A stretch of 64,000 nucleotides of DNA from the NCBI RefSeq assembly GCF_026210795.1, contig NC_089434.1, forward strand, positions 2,728,001 through 2,792,000, written 5' to 3'. The stretch comes from Rhizophagus irregularis (lineage: Eukaryota). The stretch's first letter is position 1; each line of letters begins with the position of its first letter. The position numbers and the translations under genes are program-made. Positions 25,177 through 37,459 of this stretch are shown piece by piece. Under the pieces are notes generated by a model. That model ran no database searches. It saw only the letters and a list, made by a program, of their open reading frames with translations, and had not been told where the DNA came from.

Positions 25177-27201
25177 ATGTCTAAAGATAACAAGAAACAA
25201 AATAACAAGTCTAACAAAGATACTACTTCTAAACGTCCTGCCTCTAGCTCTCCAGCAGGCAACGTTTCTGGTCAAGGTCCCGCTATATCTGACCCTTCGA
25301 ACACTTCACCTTCGACCACCTCTACTAACAAACGTACCAGAGTCAGTGCTGAAGACTCTGTCATGGATGTTGATAAACCTCTCACGCCTCCTGGCCCTGT
25401 TGAGACAACTTCCGCTGAGATACCTTCTCAACCTGATACCTCTTCTCTGGACGCTTCCCAACACGCCCCTGCTAACAATAACGATAAAGGCAAAAGCCCA
25501 GAAATTACTCCCGCAGTCTCCTTCCCAGAACGTGCTGCCTCCCCGAACGCGTCCCAAGCTGCAGTACAATCTCAACCTACACTTTTCTACGCCTCAGCCA
25601 CTCCTAATGACGTCGAAGGCTTTTGGACTCACTTCGCTTCGAACCGCGACGCGTGCGACGCGGTTGATCGACAACTTTCCTTGTTCCCCTCTTATGGTAG
25701 TCGTGCCACATGTAGTGGATCCAACGATTTGAAGAGGATCATCGTACACTTCCGGAAAAAGGAAGATCTTGACAAAGCCACAGCTTCCCCTATGGATTCT
25801 TTGTTCGGCTTACATTTCCATGCATATGACCCCAAGGCTATTAAGGCAGACGAACACGCACGTACCCTGGTGGTTACTGATATTCCCCTTTTCATTACTG
25901 ACGCGCTTTTGCGTGGCACCTTCTCTCGTTATGGCAATATTACTCGCTGCCATACCCGTTTATCTAAACTTTATCGTATTGCATACATTACCTTTGAATC
26001 TACTGGTGCAATACAGAACCTCGACTCTACTTGGGGCGTCCTTTGTGGTGGACATTGCTTACGCGTCTGCCCTGCTACTTTCTCACCTGACCAACGCGCT
26101 GAAAGACGCGCTTATGTTGCTTTACTTGCCGGTCTTCCGCGTGGTACTATTGCGGTCGATCTTGCCGAAATTGCCGATGAAATTTCCGCTAAATCTATTA
26201 ATGTTCCCTTCTCTATGAATTCTTATAATCCAAAGCCTTATGCCTATTGCCATTTTGCCTCTGAAACGGCTATGGAAAATGCAAAATCTATTTCATGCGC
26301 CCTCAAGAATGTTGGCCTTACCTGGCATTCTCCGGATGAAGTCACTTCTCTTTGTCATCGATGTGGTCACCCTCATTGTAACCCTGATCAATGTGGTTCT
26401 TCATCTAGGCCTAATCGCTCTTCTCGCCCTTGGCAATCTAATGATAAATTACGTGCTTTATATAATAAACATTTACCTCCTTCCTATCCCGCTAAACGAC
26501 ATAATCGTTTTGCCCGCCCTGATTATAACAATGATGGACATCGCCATACTAGTGCTTCTCGCCATCGTTCTAATTCCAGACCTAATAATCGACAACAATC
26601 TCGTTCTCGCTCTCAACGCCGACCATGGAATCGCGATAATCTTAATAATAAGAATAACAATAATCAACATCGTCGTATTCCTGATGCAAATGAACTTGAT
26701 CACTATGCTGATGGCATGGATGTTACATACCCCGCTCCTCCTACTGTGCTTACTGATTGGAAATCTATTGGTGCTGCTCTTGAAAAAGTAGTGGAAGAAC
26801 TAGCCCTCCTTACTACACAATTTGCTACCATGAACACCCGCATCACCCACTTGGAATCTGCTATGGCTGCTCGTGCTCCTGTTTTAGGACCTTTTGTCGC
26901 TAAACCACCTTCCTACATCCCTTCTTCTATGCAAGGATGGGATGATTCAGTGAACCATACTAATAACAATATTCTTGTTGATATTAATTCTCCTCCTTTA
27001 CAATCAACAAGTGGATTTACCCCAATTCCTCAATTTGCTCCTATTCCACCTTCCAATGTCGCTCCTTCCTCTCCTATTGATATGGAACAGCGTCTCTCCT
27101 CTCTTTCTGATACTGTTGCCTCTTTGGCTGGATCGATTAAAGAAGGAATACAACAAAACAACCTCATCTTAGCTCGCCAACATGGCCAAGCTAATCAGTA
27201 A
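25177..27201 (+). CDS. LINE ORF1 (gag-like RNA-binding protein), 674 aa
   Basis: Intact ORF with a disordered N-terminus, RRM-like segments (TLVVTDIPLF...FSRYGNI...IAYITF; ALLAGLP...YAYCHF), a degenerate knuckle CHRCGHPHCNPDQC, an R/S/N-rich tract and short coiled coils. It lies directly upstream of ORF2. Confidence 0.9.
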   Translation: MSKDNKKQNNKSNKDTTSKRPASSSPAGNVSGQGPAISDPSNTSPSTTSTNKRTRVSAEDSVMDVDKPLTPPGPVETTSAEIPSQPDTSSLDASQHAPANNNDKGKSPEITPAVSFPERAASPNASQAAVQSQPTLFYASATPNDVEGFWTHFASNRDACDAVDRQLSLFPSYGSRATCSGSNDLKRIIVHFRKKEDLDKATASPMDSLFGLHFHAYDPKAIKADEHARTLVVTDIPLFITDALLRGTFSRYGNITRCHTRLSKLYRIAYITFESTGAIQNLDSTWGVLCGGHCLRVCPATFSPDQRAERRAYVALLAGLPRGTIAVDLAEIADEISAKSINVPFSMNSYNPKPYAYCHFASETAMENAKSISCALKNVGLTWHSPDEVTSLCHRCGHPHCNPDQCGSSSRPNRSSRPWQSNDKLRALYNKHLPPSYPAKRHNRFARPDYNNDGHRHTSASRHRSNSRPNNRQQSRSRSQRRPWNRDNLNNKNNNNQHRRIPDANELDHYADGMDVTYPAPPTVLTDWKSIGAALEKVVEELALLTTQFATMNTRITHLESAMAARAPVLGPFVAKPPSYIPSSMQGWDDSVNHTNNNILVDINSPPLQSTSGFTPIPQFAPIPPSNVAPSSPIDMEQRLSSLSDTVASLAGSIKEGIQQNNLILARQHGQANQ

Positions 27202-27251
27202 TTGTTCTCTTTCTTTCCCCTTCTTTATTACCGTTTTATCAGTGTGTAATA

Positions 27252-30200
27252 ATGATGGATAACAAAAAACATAATTTTTCTCCCCACCCTTCTCCCCTTA
27301 TTAAATTTGGTCAAATTAATGTTAATGGATTATGTTCCCCTGTTTGACAACAACATTTGCTTAATTTTTTTCTTCATTCTTCTTTTGGTGCTTTATCTGT
27401 TAATGATACCCGTCTTTCCCCTTCAAATACTAAATTTATTTTTAAAAATGAACATTCCCAACATCATTTTCGGTCCTATTGGGCCTGTTCATTCTCCTCT
27501 CGTCCTCATGATGGTGTTGGCATTTTATTACGTAACCCCCTTCATAAACATGTTCAAACAATCGATCCTTGGAAAGGTCGACTTCTTAAATTAGATTTAT
27601 TTTTTCATCAAACTAAAATCTCTATTATTTCTATATATTATTCCCCTTCCGGTTCTATTCATCAATCTATTTGCAATGATCTTATTGCCAAACTTCTTTC
27701 TTGGCTTGATCACGCACGTACTAATAATTATTCTGTAATTATACTTGGTGACTTCAATATCGATGAAGTTGCTCATTCTAATTATCCCCCCAACCATTTT
27801 AAACTCCTTCGTTTACTTTCTTCTCGATTTTTTACCGATCATCAAGCTCATTCTTTTAGTGATGGTCCTGATCCCACTTTTTTTCATGATAATAGATCTT
27901 CTAGACTGGATTATATCTGGTCTTTACCTGGTTTTCCTGCTCCTGGTCTTTTTTCGCAAGTGGTTACTTGCCCCGATCTTCTTGATCATCCTTTTACAGA
28001 TCACAAAGTTCTTACAACTGTTTTTGACTTCAGTTCTTGCCTGGCTATTTTAGCTAAATCTCGTCTTAAACAAAAAAAAGAAATGCGTACTATTTTCTCT
28101 TATACCTCCACTTCAGTTGAACAATAGAATAATTTTACCGCTGAAGTTGATGATTCTCTTGGAGTATATTTAGACAAGCAATATCACCCTAATTTTAATT
28201 TCTGCTCTCTTTCTCTTGATCGTATGTGGCATGCATTGAAAGCTGCCATACTTAGTGCTGCAATTGAAACTTTACCCTTTCAAAAAGTCTCCAATACACA
28301 CCGACATTCGTACTCTCCTGAATTAACCAAACTTATTGCCATTAACAAGTTTTTAGATCGAATTTTATATCGCCTTACGACTCGTCATCCTAATCGGCCT
28401 ACTCAACTTTCACAAATGACTGCTGCTTTACCCTCCCATCTAGAGAATCTTGCATCCTTGCTTCCTGATTATTCAGTCCCTACTTATTCTACAACTCCTG
28501 TATCTGTATTCAAATCGTTCTTACGATCACAGAAGAATTTAGTTTCTGCCTTTTTATCCACTAAATTCGCCCAACATCTTACGGACTCTGTGGAATACTA
28601 CACCGCATTACGTGATGAACACTTTTCGAACTCACTTGGCACCTTTATAGATTCTGCCTTGTCAGTAAAAAAACGCTCGATTGTTCTTGACCGTGTTTTG
28701 GTTGTCTTGGACTCTACTCCTACTCTATTAACGAATCCTTCGGATATCAAACAAGCTGCTATTACTCATTTTCAATCAATTGTTTCTCCTCCGTTGGTCC
28801 ACTACTCTTCTATCGCTTCATTTCCTGTTCGTTGGCAACAAGCTTACACCCTTCTCTCTGATGTGTCTGCTTCATTATATGATCCTGTTTTGGCACCCAT
28901 TTCCTTGCAAGAATGGTCTGATGTAATTTCTTCTATGCCAAATAACAAAGCTTCCGGCCCCTCAAAAATTTCTTATGAAATGATAAAACATTTATCTGGT
29001 GAAGCTTTGGATTTCTCTCTTTTACTTGCCAATACTTGCCTTTCTCGCGGTAATATTCCTGCTGACTGGCGTGAAGCTGTGGTTTATCCTATTCCTAAAC
29101 CTCACGATTTTGATGCTCAACTCAAGAACACTCGGCCTATTACTCTTCTGGAAACAGTTCGTAAATGTGTAGTTAAGGTCGTCACGAATCGTCTCTCTAC
29201 CATCCTTGCTAATAATAAAATTCTCCAAGGTGGTAATTTTGCTGGTTTACCTGGTGGTTCTACGGATGTCCCTATCAAAATGCTTGATGCGATCATTCAT
29301 CAACAAAAACATGACTCTACTGATGATCAGGAATTATGGATCGTTTCTCAAGATATCTCTAAAGCTTTTGATTCTATGGACTTAAATATGCTTAAATTAG
29401 CTTTAGAAAGATTACATATCCCTGCACTTTTAGTGCGATTTATTTTGAATCTTTTTACACGACGAAATAATAAGATAATTACTTGTCACGGTGATACAGC
29501 TGCTTATCGAGTACGTGTTGGTATCGATCAAGGAGAAATTATTTCCCCTCTTCTTTGGGTTATTTATTTGGATCCCTTACTTACTGTTTTGAATCGAGAA
29601 ACACGAGATCCTTTTAAATTAAAATCTTCAGCTCTTTTAAATTATTCTCCACTTGAATTTGAACAACATTCCTTACCAATTTCACATTTAACGTTTATGG
29701 ATGATTCTACACTTATTGCTTCTTCAAAATCTGGAATAGAAGATCATCTTACTGTTACTGCTGAATTTTATACTTTAAATAATGTTCAAGCCAATTCGGC
29801 AAAATATGTCCTTCTTTCATCCTCTTCCCCTTCTTCAAAGATTACCTTCGAACTTTCACCTTCGTGTTTAATTTCCAATACTTTTCTTTCCCTCTCTTCT
29901 TTATCTCTTAATACCTCGTTTCGCTTTTTAGGTGTTTGGTTTTCCTTATCTGCCTCCTTTGCTTTTGTTCTTAAGCAAGCGCGCTCTATGGTTAAAGATA
30001 TGGCTGCTCTTCTGGGTCCAAAGAAATTATTAGCACAACATGTGGCCTATCTCTATAATGTTGTCCTTCTTCCGCGATTGGAATTTCGTCTTCAAACTAC
30101 CCTTTTCTCTGAAAGTACTATTCAATCAATAGTCAAGCCTATGTTTTCAGTACTTAGAAGAAAAGCTGGACTCGCTGCAACTACTCCGTTGGCCTTGTTA

Positions 30201-32639
30201 TTTCTTAAACTTCCTTTTTTGATTCAAAATGCCTTTTATCGGTTCCTCTCTTCCCATGTTGCATCTTGGCAAAAAATATTCACACATCCTGACTTTAAAG
30301 ATTTTGCTCTCTATGCAATCTCCTATCTTCAAGGATATTTGGGTGCTGAAAGTTGCCCAACTACCATCAACTTGGAACCATGGTCACATGTCGTCTCTCT
30401 TCGGACGCATACTTTGTTTAATTCATTATTATTTTCTTCGCGTTTGAGTATCACGTGGTCCCTCCCCTTCTGACCTCTGAGGCGAGATTTACAATCAGCA
30501 TTACCGCTTCGAACTGTTCTACCGCATTCAACTTTTCAAACAAGTTGGAAACTTTGGAAACATTTGAATATCTTCGTACTTGCTCAGTTGGCTTCTCCTT
30601 GTGGACGTTATCTTATGAATTGGTCTGACCTTCGTTACCTTGGTATTGTAAGTCGTAAAGGACAGATCCCTACTTGGTTTAATTTTATTAAAAACAATTT
30701 TCTTTCTTCTTCTTCTTCTTCTTTATTTTTGCCTTTGTATTTTATTAATTCTTCTTTTACTTTAGCTTCACCTTGTCTATTAGATCATACTGTTAAAGAT
30801 TATCATTTTTATCCTCAATGGGCTATTAATTTTGATTCTGCCACCCAAATTTTATCCGTGGGCCATGTTTGTATCACCTACAAGAAACAAAACTCTGCTA
30901 TCATGTCTCATTGGCTCCCTGTATCTTCTTCTGCTGATGAACGATCTTATAATCCTTGTCCTGGTTGTTCCTTTAATATCCCCGCTCTATCCACGAAATC
31001 TGCAATCAAACAACGCTGTAATAGTGAGAAATGCTTTTTTAATGTAATCTTATCAGATACCGTAGGTTATCCTACCAGAAATGCCAAAGTATTTGCGGCT
31101 TATCTTCCCATAATTTTATCTACTTCATGGAGTTATGCTACTTCTTTGGCTCTTGTTCACTTGACAAACCCGTCTTTACCTATTTCCTCTGCCCTGGCTT
31201 CTTCCTTTATGGATAAGACTGAAGATGAAGTTTTGCCACTTTCTGTGCAGTCTTTGTATACCGATGGTTCTTTTCATATTGCTACGGACTCTTCATCTTC
31301 TTCCATGGCTTCTGCCTGGCTTGCTCTTGATGATGATGGATTTATCCTGGAATCTTCATCTTTACAAATTCCTTCATGCTTCCCTTCAGCCTTGCGTTCT
31401 GAGATCTATGCTGTTATATTAGGGCTAAACGCTCTTTCCCATGGTTCTTCAATTTCTATTCATACTGACTGTAGTCAGTTAATTTTATTATGGAAACGCT
31501 TTGTTGATGTTCCCTTCTCACCGAAGTTGCTTCGAGAACACAATCACCTTCTTTGGCTTTCTATTCGACAACTGATCAAAGATCGTAAACTTATTGTCAA
31601 TTTGATTAAAGTCCCTGCTCATGGTGACGATATCTACAATGTACAAGTGGACTCTTTGGCAAAAGCTTCTCATTTGTCTTCACAACCTACCGTCTCACCT
31701 TTGGCATTTTGTCATGTCCCATGCTTTTTAACTTTTAATTCTTTGCCTATTGACATGAATATTCGGCACTTCCTCCGGTCTGTAGCAGATGCTCGCGCAC
31801 TTTTATCTTTTTGTTCAATGGCACGATTCACTGCTCTTAGCCCTCCGTCACTCTTTGATTGGGCTGGTATATACTTTTGCCTTTCGCAAATTAAAGGTTT
31901 TGCTTCGCATAAGAATGGTCGTCCTGAATTCTGGATCTTCCGTATCAAACTTCTTTTGGATATGCTGCCTACTTTAACTACTCTTCAACAACGCAAACCT
32001 TACTTATACTCTCCGGATTGGCTTTGTTCACAATGCAATTCCGCTCCTGAAGATTTGAACCATCTTTGGACTTGTCCTTATATTCTTCCAGAACTTAATC
32101 CATGTTCAACACATCGTTCTGAAGTTGTTAAATTCAGAGATTTGTGTTTATCCTCATTTTTGTCCTTGAAACCTCTGGACTCTAATTTCCAAACTGCATT
32201 CTCTGCTCTTGATTGTTGGAACTATGAAACTCCTTCTTCATCCTGTCTTTGGCTTACTAGAGGATTGTTACCCGCTCATTTAACGACGTTTCTGAAACAA
32301 TACTTTCCTCTGTCCGTCGTATACAAAACTATTTCTCCTCTTCTTAATGACTTTCAAATCGAATTATATGGTGAAATTTGGTTATGTTGAAATGTTCTTT
32401 TCCATGCTTGGGAAGAGTCACAGGGTATCTCGGCTGCTTCCAAATTACGTGGCCTATCTTCAAATCCTCCTTCTACTGCTATTTCTTCACATATTCACAA
32501 TTCTTCTTTGGCGTCAGTTTTTCAGGATTCCTGGATTTCTTGGATATCCTCTTCTATAATTCAGGGTGGATCATGGATCTCGCACTTGGATTTTCTGCGC
32601 CGCTTAACAGTTCAACCTCTTAGGATTTCTTTCTGGTAA
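27252..32639 (+). pseudogene. LINE ORF2 (APE endonuclease, reverse transcriptase, RNase H, zinc knuckle), 1795 codons with 4 premature stops
   Basis: Single frame from ATG 27252 to TAA 32637-32639, with stops at 27345 (TGA), 28125 (TAG), 30471 (TGA) and 32388 (TGA). Motifs: QINVNG, ILGDFN, SRLDYIW, TDH (APE); RPITLL, DISKAFD, QGEIISP, FMDD, FRFLG (RT); LYTDGS, RSEIYA, IHTDC, KVPAH...N..VD.LAK (RNase H); CSQC...HLWTC. Confidence 0.95.
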
Positions 32640-33249
32640 CGGACTGGATTTTTGGACGTTGGATAGTTGACTCACACTGGCCTTCGGGTAAAGTTGGGGT
32701 ATGCGACTCTGTAATAGTTTAGTTTTTCTTTGCTTTAATTTTATTTTAGTTTAGATTTCTTTGCTTGTATGAGTCGTGAAGCTACTCTTTTTATTTTTTA
32801 TTAGTTTATTTTCTTATTTTTGTAATATTGTTCGTCAATCTTCGATGTTAAAATATAAATAAAAGATAAAGTCAAAAGACTGTTTGCACAGGAAAAGGAT
32901 AAAACTACCACCATTCGATTCGTCTCAGTGAGACGATTCTAACAAGCTATGATATACATCTTTGTACGATTATTAGATGCCAAGTTATTTAATATATTCT
33001 TTATATAACTGTGATTATAAACGGTTCTTTTTAATATAAGATTTTTGAGGATAGGTGTGATAGTGACTATAGATAAATTGTGACTATATAGGATAGATTT
33101 TAATAATAAAGTGTTTTGAACATTCAACTGGTGTGACTATATAGTAGAATGTGACTATAACGGGAGTGACTATAGAGGGAGTTGACTATATATATATATA
33201 TATATATATATACGGAACCAAACACAAATGATAAAACTAAACTTAATTT

Positions 33250-33640
33250 TTATGGTTATATTGTGGATGGGATATATCATATATACCTATTATAACAAAT
33301 TTAATGATGATATTTTAATTTTACCAAATAATACTCTCGCAATTTAATCTGGACAAACTTAGGGATTGACCACCACTTATTGTCGAGATCGAGGGTGCAG
33401 AAACAATATATAACGTATAAACTTTTAAATGTTACTAGATCATGGTTATGGAAATTTACCACAACTCTGAACATTGGTGATATTATAAATTAAATCCCTT
33501 ATAATTAAATTTTATAGTAAGTTGATTATCACCTAATCATAACATTATAATTTTACATGATTGTTCTGGTTATGGTATTATACGTCAAAATTACTTCTGT
33601 AAGCCACAATAATAGAGAATTTGTAAAAACTAAATTTATG
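33250..33640 (+). pseudogene. Short decayed duplicate of the pseudogene at 41705-42860
   Basis: Direct similarity to 41958-42365 (tgatattttaattttaccaaataatactctcgcaa; tgttactagatcatggttatggaaatttac; attacttctgtaagccac). Confidence 0.7.
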
Positions 33641-35665
33641 AATGAATAAAATAATCGTACACCGGTGTATCAAAGGTTCTGGATTATATTATCGAGGACT
33701 GTGTATCACAAGTCTAACTTGGAACATCATCGCTTTTTGGTTACAAGTTACAACAATACCAGCAAATACCAATTTGTTTTTACCCGGAATATCTCTGGCC
33801 CGCATTGGATACTCCGACCAGAATTTATGGTCAAAATACCGGTACCGTTCTTGTTTATAATAAGAATGAATTTATAATTCGTAATTTGAGACTCTTCCCT
33901 TTGCGCCTTTAGAAAAAGTTCATTCGATCAAAAAATGAAATTTTAGATAATCACATTTTCACTTGTGTATGAATAATGCATAAAGAACAAATATGTATTA
34001 ATTCACAAAAATAGGTGATGAATAATATATTTATTTAAACCTGCGTTAAAATTACCGCTTTTAGGCTAATTATACGAGCGAAATAAAGAAAACTTTCAAT
34101 ATCTAATTACTTTATTTTATTATAATATAAAACTACATTTACATGATCATAAGCCCCTAAATAATTTCCTTCCTTTCGCCCATGTACTTTCCTTTTTGGA
34201 TAATGATCTCATAGTATAGATACTCTATGCTATTAAAGATTTTGTAATAATACTCTTTATTGAAGATATTCTCAAAAAAAAAAAAAATTTATTTTAAAAA
34301 TAAAACAAGTATTTAATGTGTTTCCCAGCTTAACTGATGTTTTGATAATTTTACATAATTTTTTTTACTATGAGCTGTACGCAGAGACTTTTTATATGAA
34401 TACGCATAATTGACACCTGATATTGAAAATCCTGCGAAAATACGCAAATAAAATTTCAGACATTAAGTTCATATTAATTATTTTATCATGGCTTCTATAT
34501 TATTTATAAAATCAAATACTAATGTGAAAAAATAAATTTATCCTATTTTATCATTTTTTCAATAATATTATTCAAAATAGTCAAAATTTCACTTTTCAAC
34601 CCTTAGAAGTTTCCTTCAATTAATACTAAATATTACAATGCGGTTAACTAAATAAAATACGTATAGTAAATATATTATATATATAAGATTAGCCAAAAAT
34701 ACGCAAACTAATTTTTACATATAAAAATTTTGATAAAAATACGCAATCTTGATGACCTAAATATGGACGAAAAAATTTTCAATTGTACGCAAATCAAACT
34801 TCACTCCACTATGATGCCGATGCATCTGTGTACCCCACCCCTGTATATATATTTCTGGGTCCTGATATTATTATGACATTGGTGAAAATATTACAAAAAA
34901 ATGAAATAGTCGCATTTGACCTTATGGAAATGTATAGATAGATACAAGCTTTAGAAAAAATTGTCATAATTTAGGATCATCATGATTCATTAAATATCTT
35001 TAATTTAGAATGCTTCATTTCATTATAAAAAGGAACCGATGGATGTAATTTTTCAACGGAATTTTGTAGGTATTTATATGAAAGTGATGATCACAGATAG
35101 AGACGAATTTAATGGTTTAGGAACATAAATGAATTATTAATAATTTATTAAAACAAATACTATAAATAACATAAATAACCTAATAATGCGCCGTAAAATA
35201 TAAAATTAATTATATTTATCATTAATTAAAGTCAAAAAAACTAGTTTTAATATTTGGTAATACAAGCGTCCATATGCCAAAATGCGATTTTGCTGACAAA
35301 TTACAGTATTTTTGATTCGAATTAAATCTATTTGATTTGATCAAACTCGAATTAAATTGAATCGAATCTGAATTGTCTGAATCTGAACCAAATCGTCAAA
35401 TTGAATCAAATTGTCAAATCGAATAAAATTGTCAAATCAAGAAAATAAATTAAATTAAAAATTCAACACATTTATCTCAAACATAATATTCAATTCATAC
35501 GTGAGATCGAATAGTAGATTCTAACACTCATCAATAATTTTAAGTCCGTGAGACGCGTTTGTATCATTGTAACCTTTTTAAAGATTCCTGCGACTTCGGT
35601 GTTGACCATTTTCGTCTGGACCAAAGAAATCCGCGATAGCGAGGGGAAAAATTAATTGTTCGTTC

Positions 35666-36940
35666 TAGAGGTTAGAACCGGAATCGGTTATCGGATTTAT
35701 AACCGGGTTTAACCGATTCGAAATTTAACCGGTTTACGATTCGGTTAACCGGTTATATTCAAACCGGTTTAAACCGATTAATCAAATGACTTAATGTTCA
35801 ATATTTGTCAAATTAATATTTGCAAATCAATAAAAAACGAAATTTTTTTTCTTAAATAGTTGCCAGTCATGTGATTTGACAACATTAATATCTTGTTATA
35901 ATTTTTATTGATGGACTTTAGTTACATATGTTATTTTTTTAGAACTTATGTTACCAAAACCACCCTTTTCTAATTAAAATTAATAATTTTGATAATTTTA
36001 ATTATTTGATTATAAAAACTTGGCAATTTACTCACCATAATTACTATCTGTTATACGTGCCGATCGTGCATTTTTGGTATACGATGTGATCACAAACTGA
36101 ATAGGGGATACTTGTCTTAGTAAATTGGAAGTATATCGTGATATAATCAGCACAAATTTTAATAGGTGAAAAATCACAGAGAAAAACTTGTAAATCTCAT
36201 AGTATACTTCGCTGCGCTCAGAACAATGAGTTTAACTTTATATGGCATATGTTGTAACTCAGGGGTACAAAATCTGCATAATTCGGAAATTCAGAATATT
36301 TCATAATCTGGTACAATGATATTTTCCAAACAAATACAAATTCAAAATTTAAAACACTATTTCGGACACAACTATAATCACTGCGCATATTACTTTTTTT
36401 ATTTTCTCAGAATTTATTATTATACTTTAAAAAAATAAATAAAAATAGAAAATTATTTCTTTTTTTACTTTAATTTTTTTGACGAAAAATAAAGGCAAAT
36501 CAAAAATGGAAAGTGATTTCCTTTTTAAAATCGAATCTTCTTTTTCTGAATTGCGTTATTCGGGTTTTTTTTAGTTTTTTAGCCATTCAAAGTCCGAAAA
36601 ACGTTACGTTTCATTTTTCTGATCTGATGATATAACTGAAAAAATTAAGATATGCGGTCATTATCAGAAAATAAAAAAGAATGCCGGAAGATCTTCACTT
36701 TATTTCTATAATCGATTTGATGATCTATTAAAAAAAGAATCTTGACATGTAATATTTATTTTTAGCCACAAATGTAATATAACTCTTTTAGTATAATATA
36801 CGTTTATTGAATCGAAATCGGTTGCAACAAACCGGTTAACCGGTTTAAATCGGTTGTAGTAAAACCGGTTAATCGAATTGCAAACCGATTATAATCGTTT
36901 TAAACCCGGTTAGTAAAATTCAAATCGGTTCTAACCTCTA
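35666..36940. mobile_element. Non-autonomous hAT-type DNA transposon (1275 bp)
   Basis: Perfect 15-bp TIR tagaggttagaaccg / cggttctaacctcta, 8-bp TSD gttcgttc (35658-35665 and 36941-36948), clustered subterminal AACCG/CGGTT motifs, no transposase ORF. Confidence 0.92.
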
Positions 36941-37116
36941 GTTCGTTCTTTTTTTTGATAATATTTATTATTATTTCTATTTGTTCGATGGAAAAAGGTC
37001 ACTCTTTTTATATTTCTCACAAGAAAATTATATAAATAACGATAATTTTTTTTAAATTATCTTTATTATTATTTGAGACAAATTTTACAATTTATTGTTA
37101 ATCTAACAGAAATATA

Positions 37117-37410
37117 CATGTTGCCAAAATTCAGTAATTTCGGCATAATTTCAGGTTTCGGTTTCGGCCAGTCATTCCCGAAACTGAAACTCTGCCGAAA
37201 GTCGAAATTCAGGCCGAAATTGTCTGGCCGGCACTATACATTTTGGCCCATTACGAATTTTATGTAATATAAGTCACGTGATTTATAATTCTGGCCGGCA
37301 CCACAAATTTGGCCAGAGTTACCACATAATTTCGGCCATGTCGGCCGGAGTTTCGCTCGGATTTTGAACCTTTCGGATTCGGCCATATTTCGGAAAATTT
37401 CGGCTACATG
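37117..37410. mobile_element. MITE with CCGAA/TTCGG subterminal repeats
   Basis: TIRs catgttgccaaaatt and aatttcggctacatg (13/15), flanked by tata on both sides, with many ttcgg/ccgaa motifs inside. Confidence 0.75.
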
Positions 37411-37459
37411 TATAATCTAAAAGAAAACTAAAATTAGAATTTCTGAAGATAGTGCAGAT

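Larger units (their letters stand above)
25029..32890 (+). mobile_element. Near-full-length non-LTR retrotransposon (LINE with APE endonuclease, RT and RNase H)
   Basis: Two long ORFs, higher GC than the flanks, and a perfect 17-bp TSD ggaaaaggataaaacta at 25012-25028 and 32891-32907. Confidence 0.95.
24497..33188. mobile_element. Non-autonomous Tc1/mariner-like element (~0.8 kb) hosting the LINE insertion
   Basis: Left TA|cagtcaactctctttatagtcac and right gtgactatagagggagttgacta|TA are imperfect TIRs with gtgactata subterminal repeats. The internal repeat ccattcgattcgtct..tgagacg occurs at 24694, 24841 and 32911, on both sides of the LINE. Confidence 0.75.

Noticed and set aside
25306..32623. 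Many short alternative-frame and antisense ORFs inside the LINE
   Set aside because: Shadows of ORF1 and ORF2 caused by higher GC and codon bias; no independent motifs.
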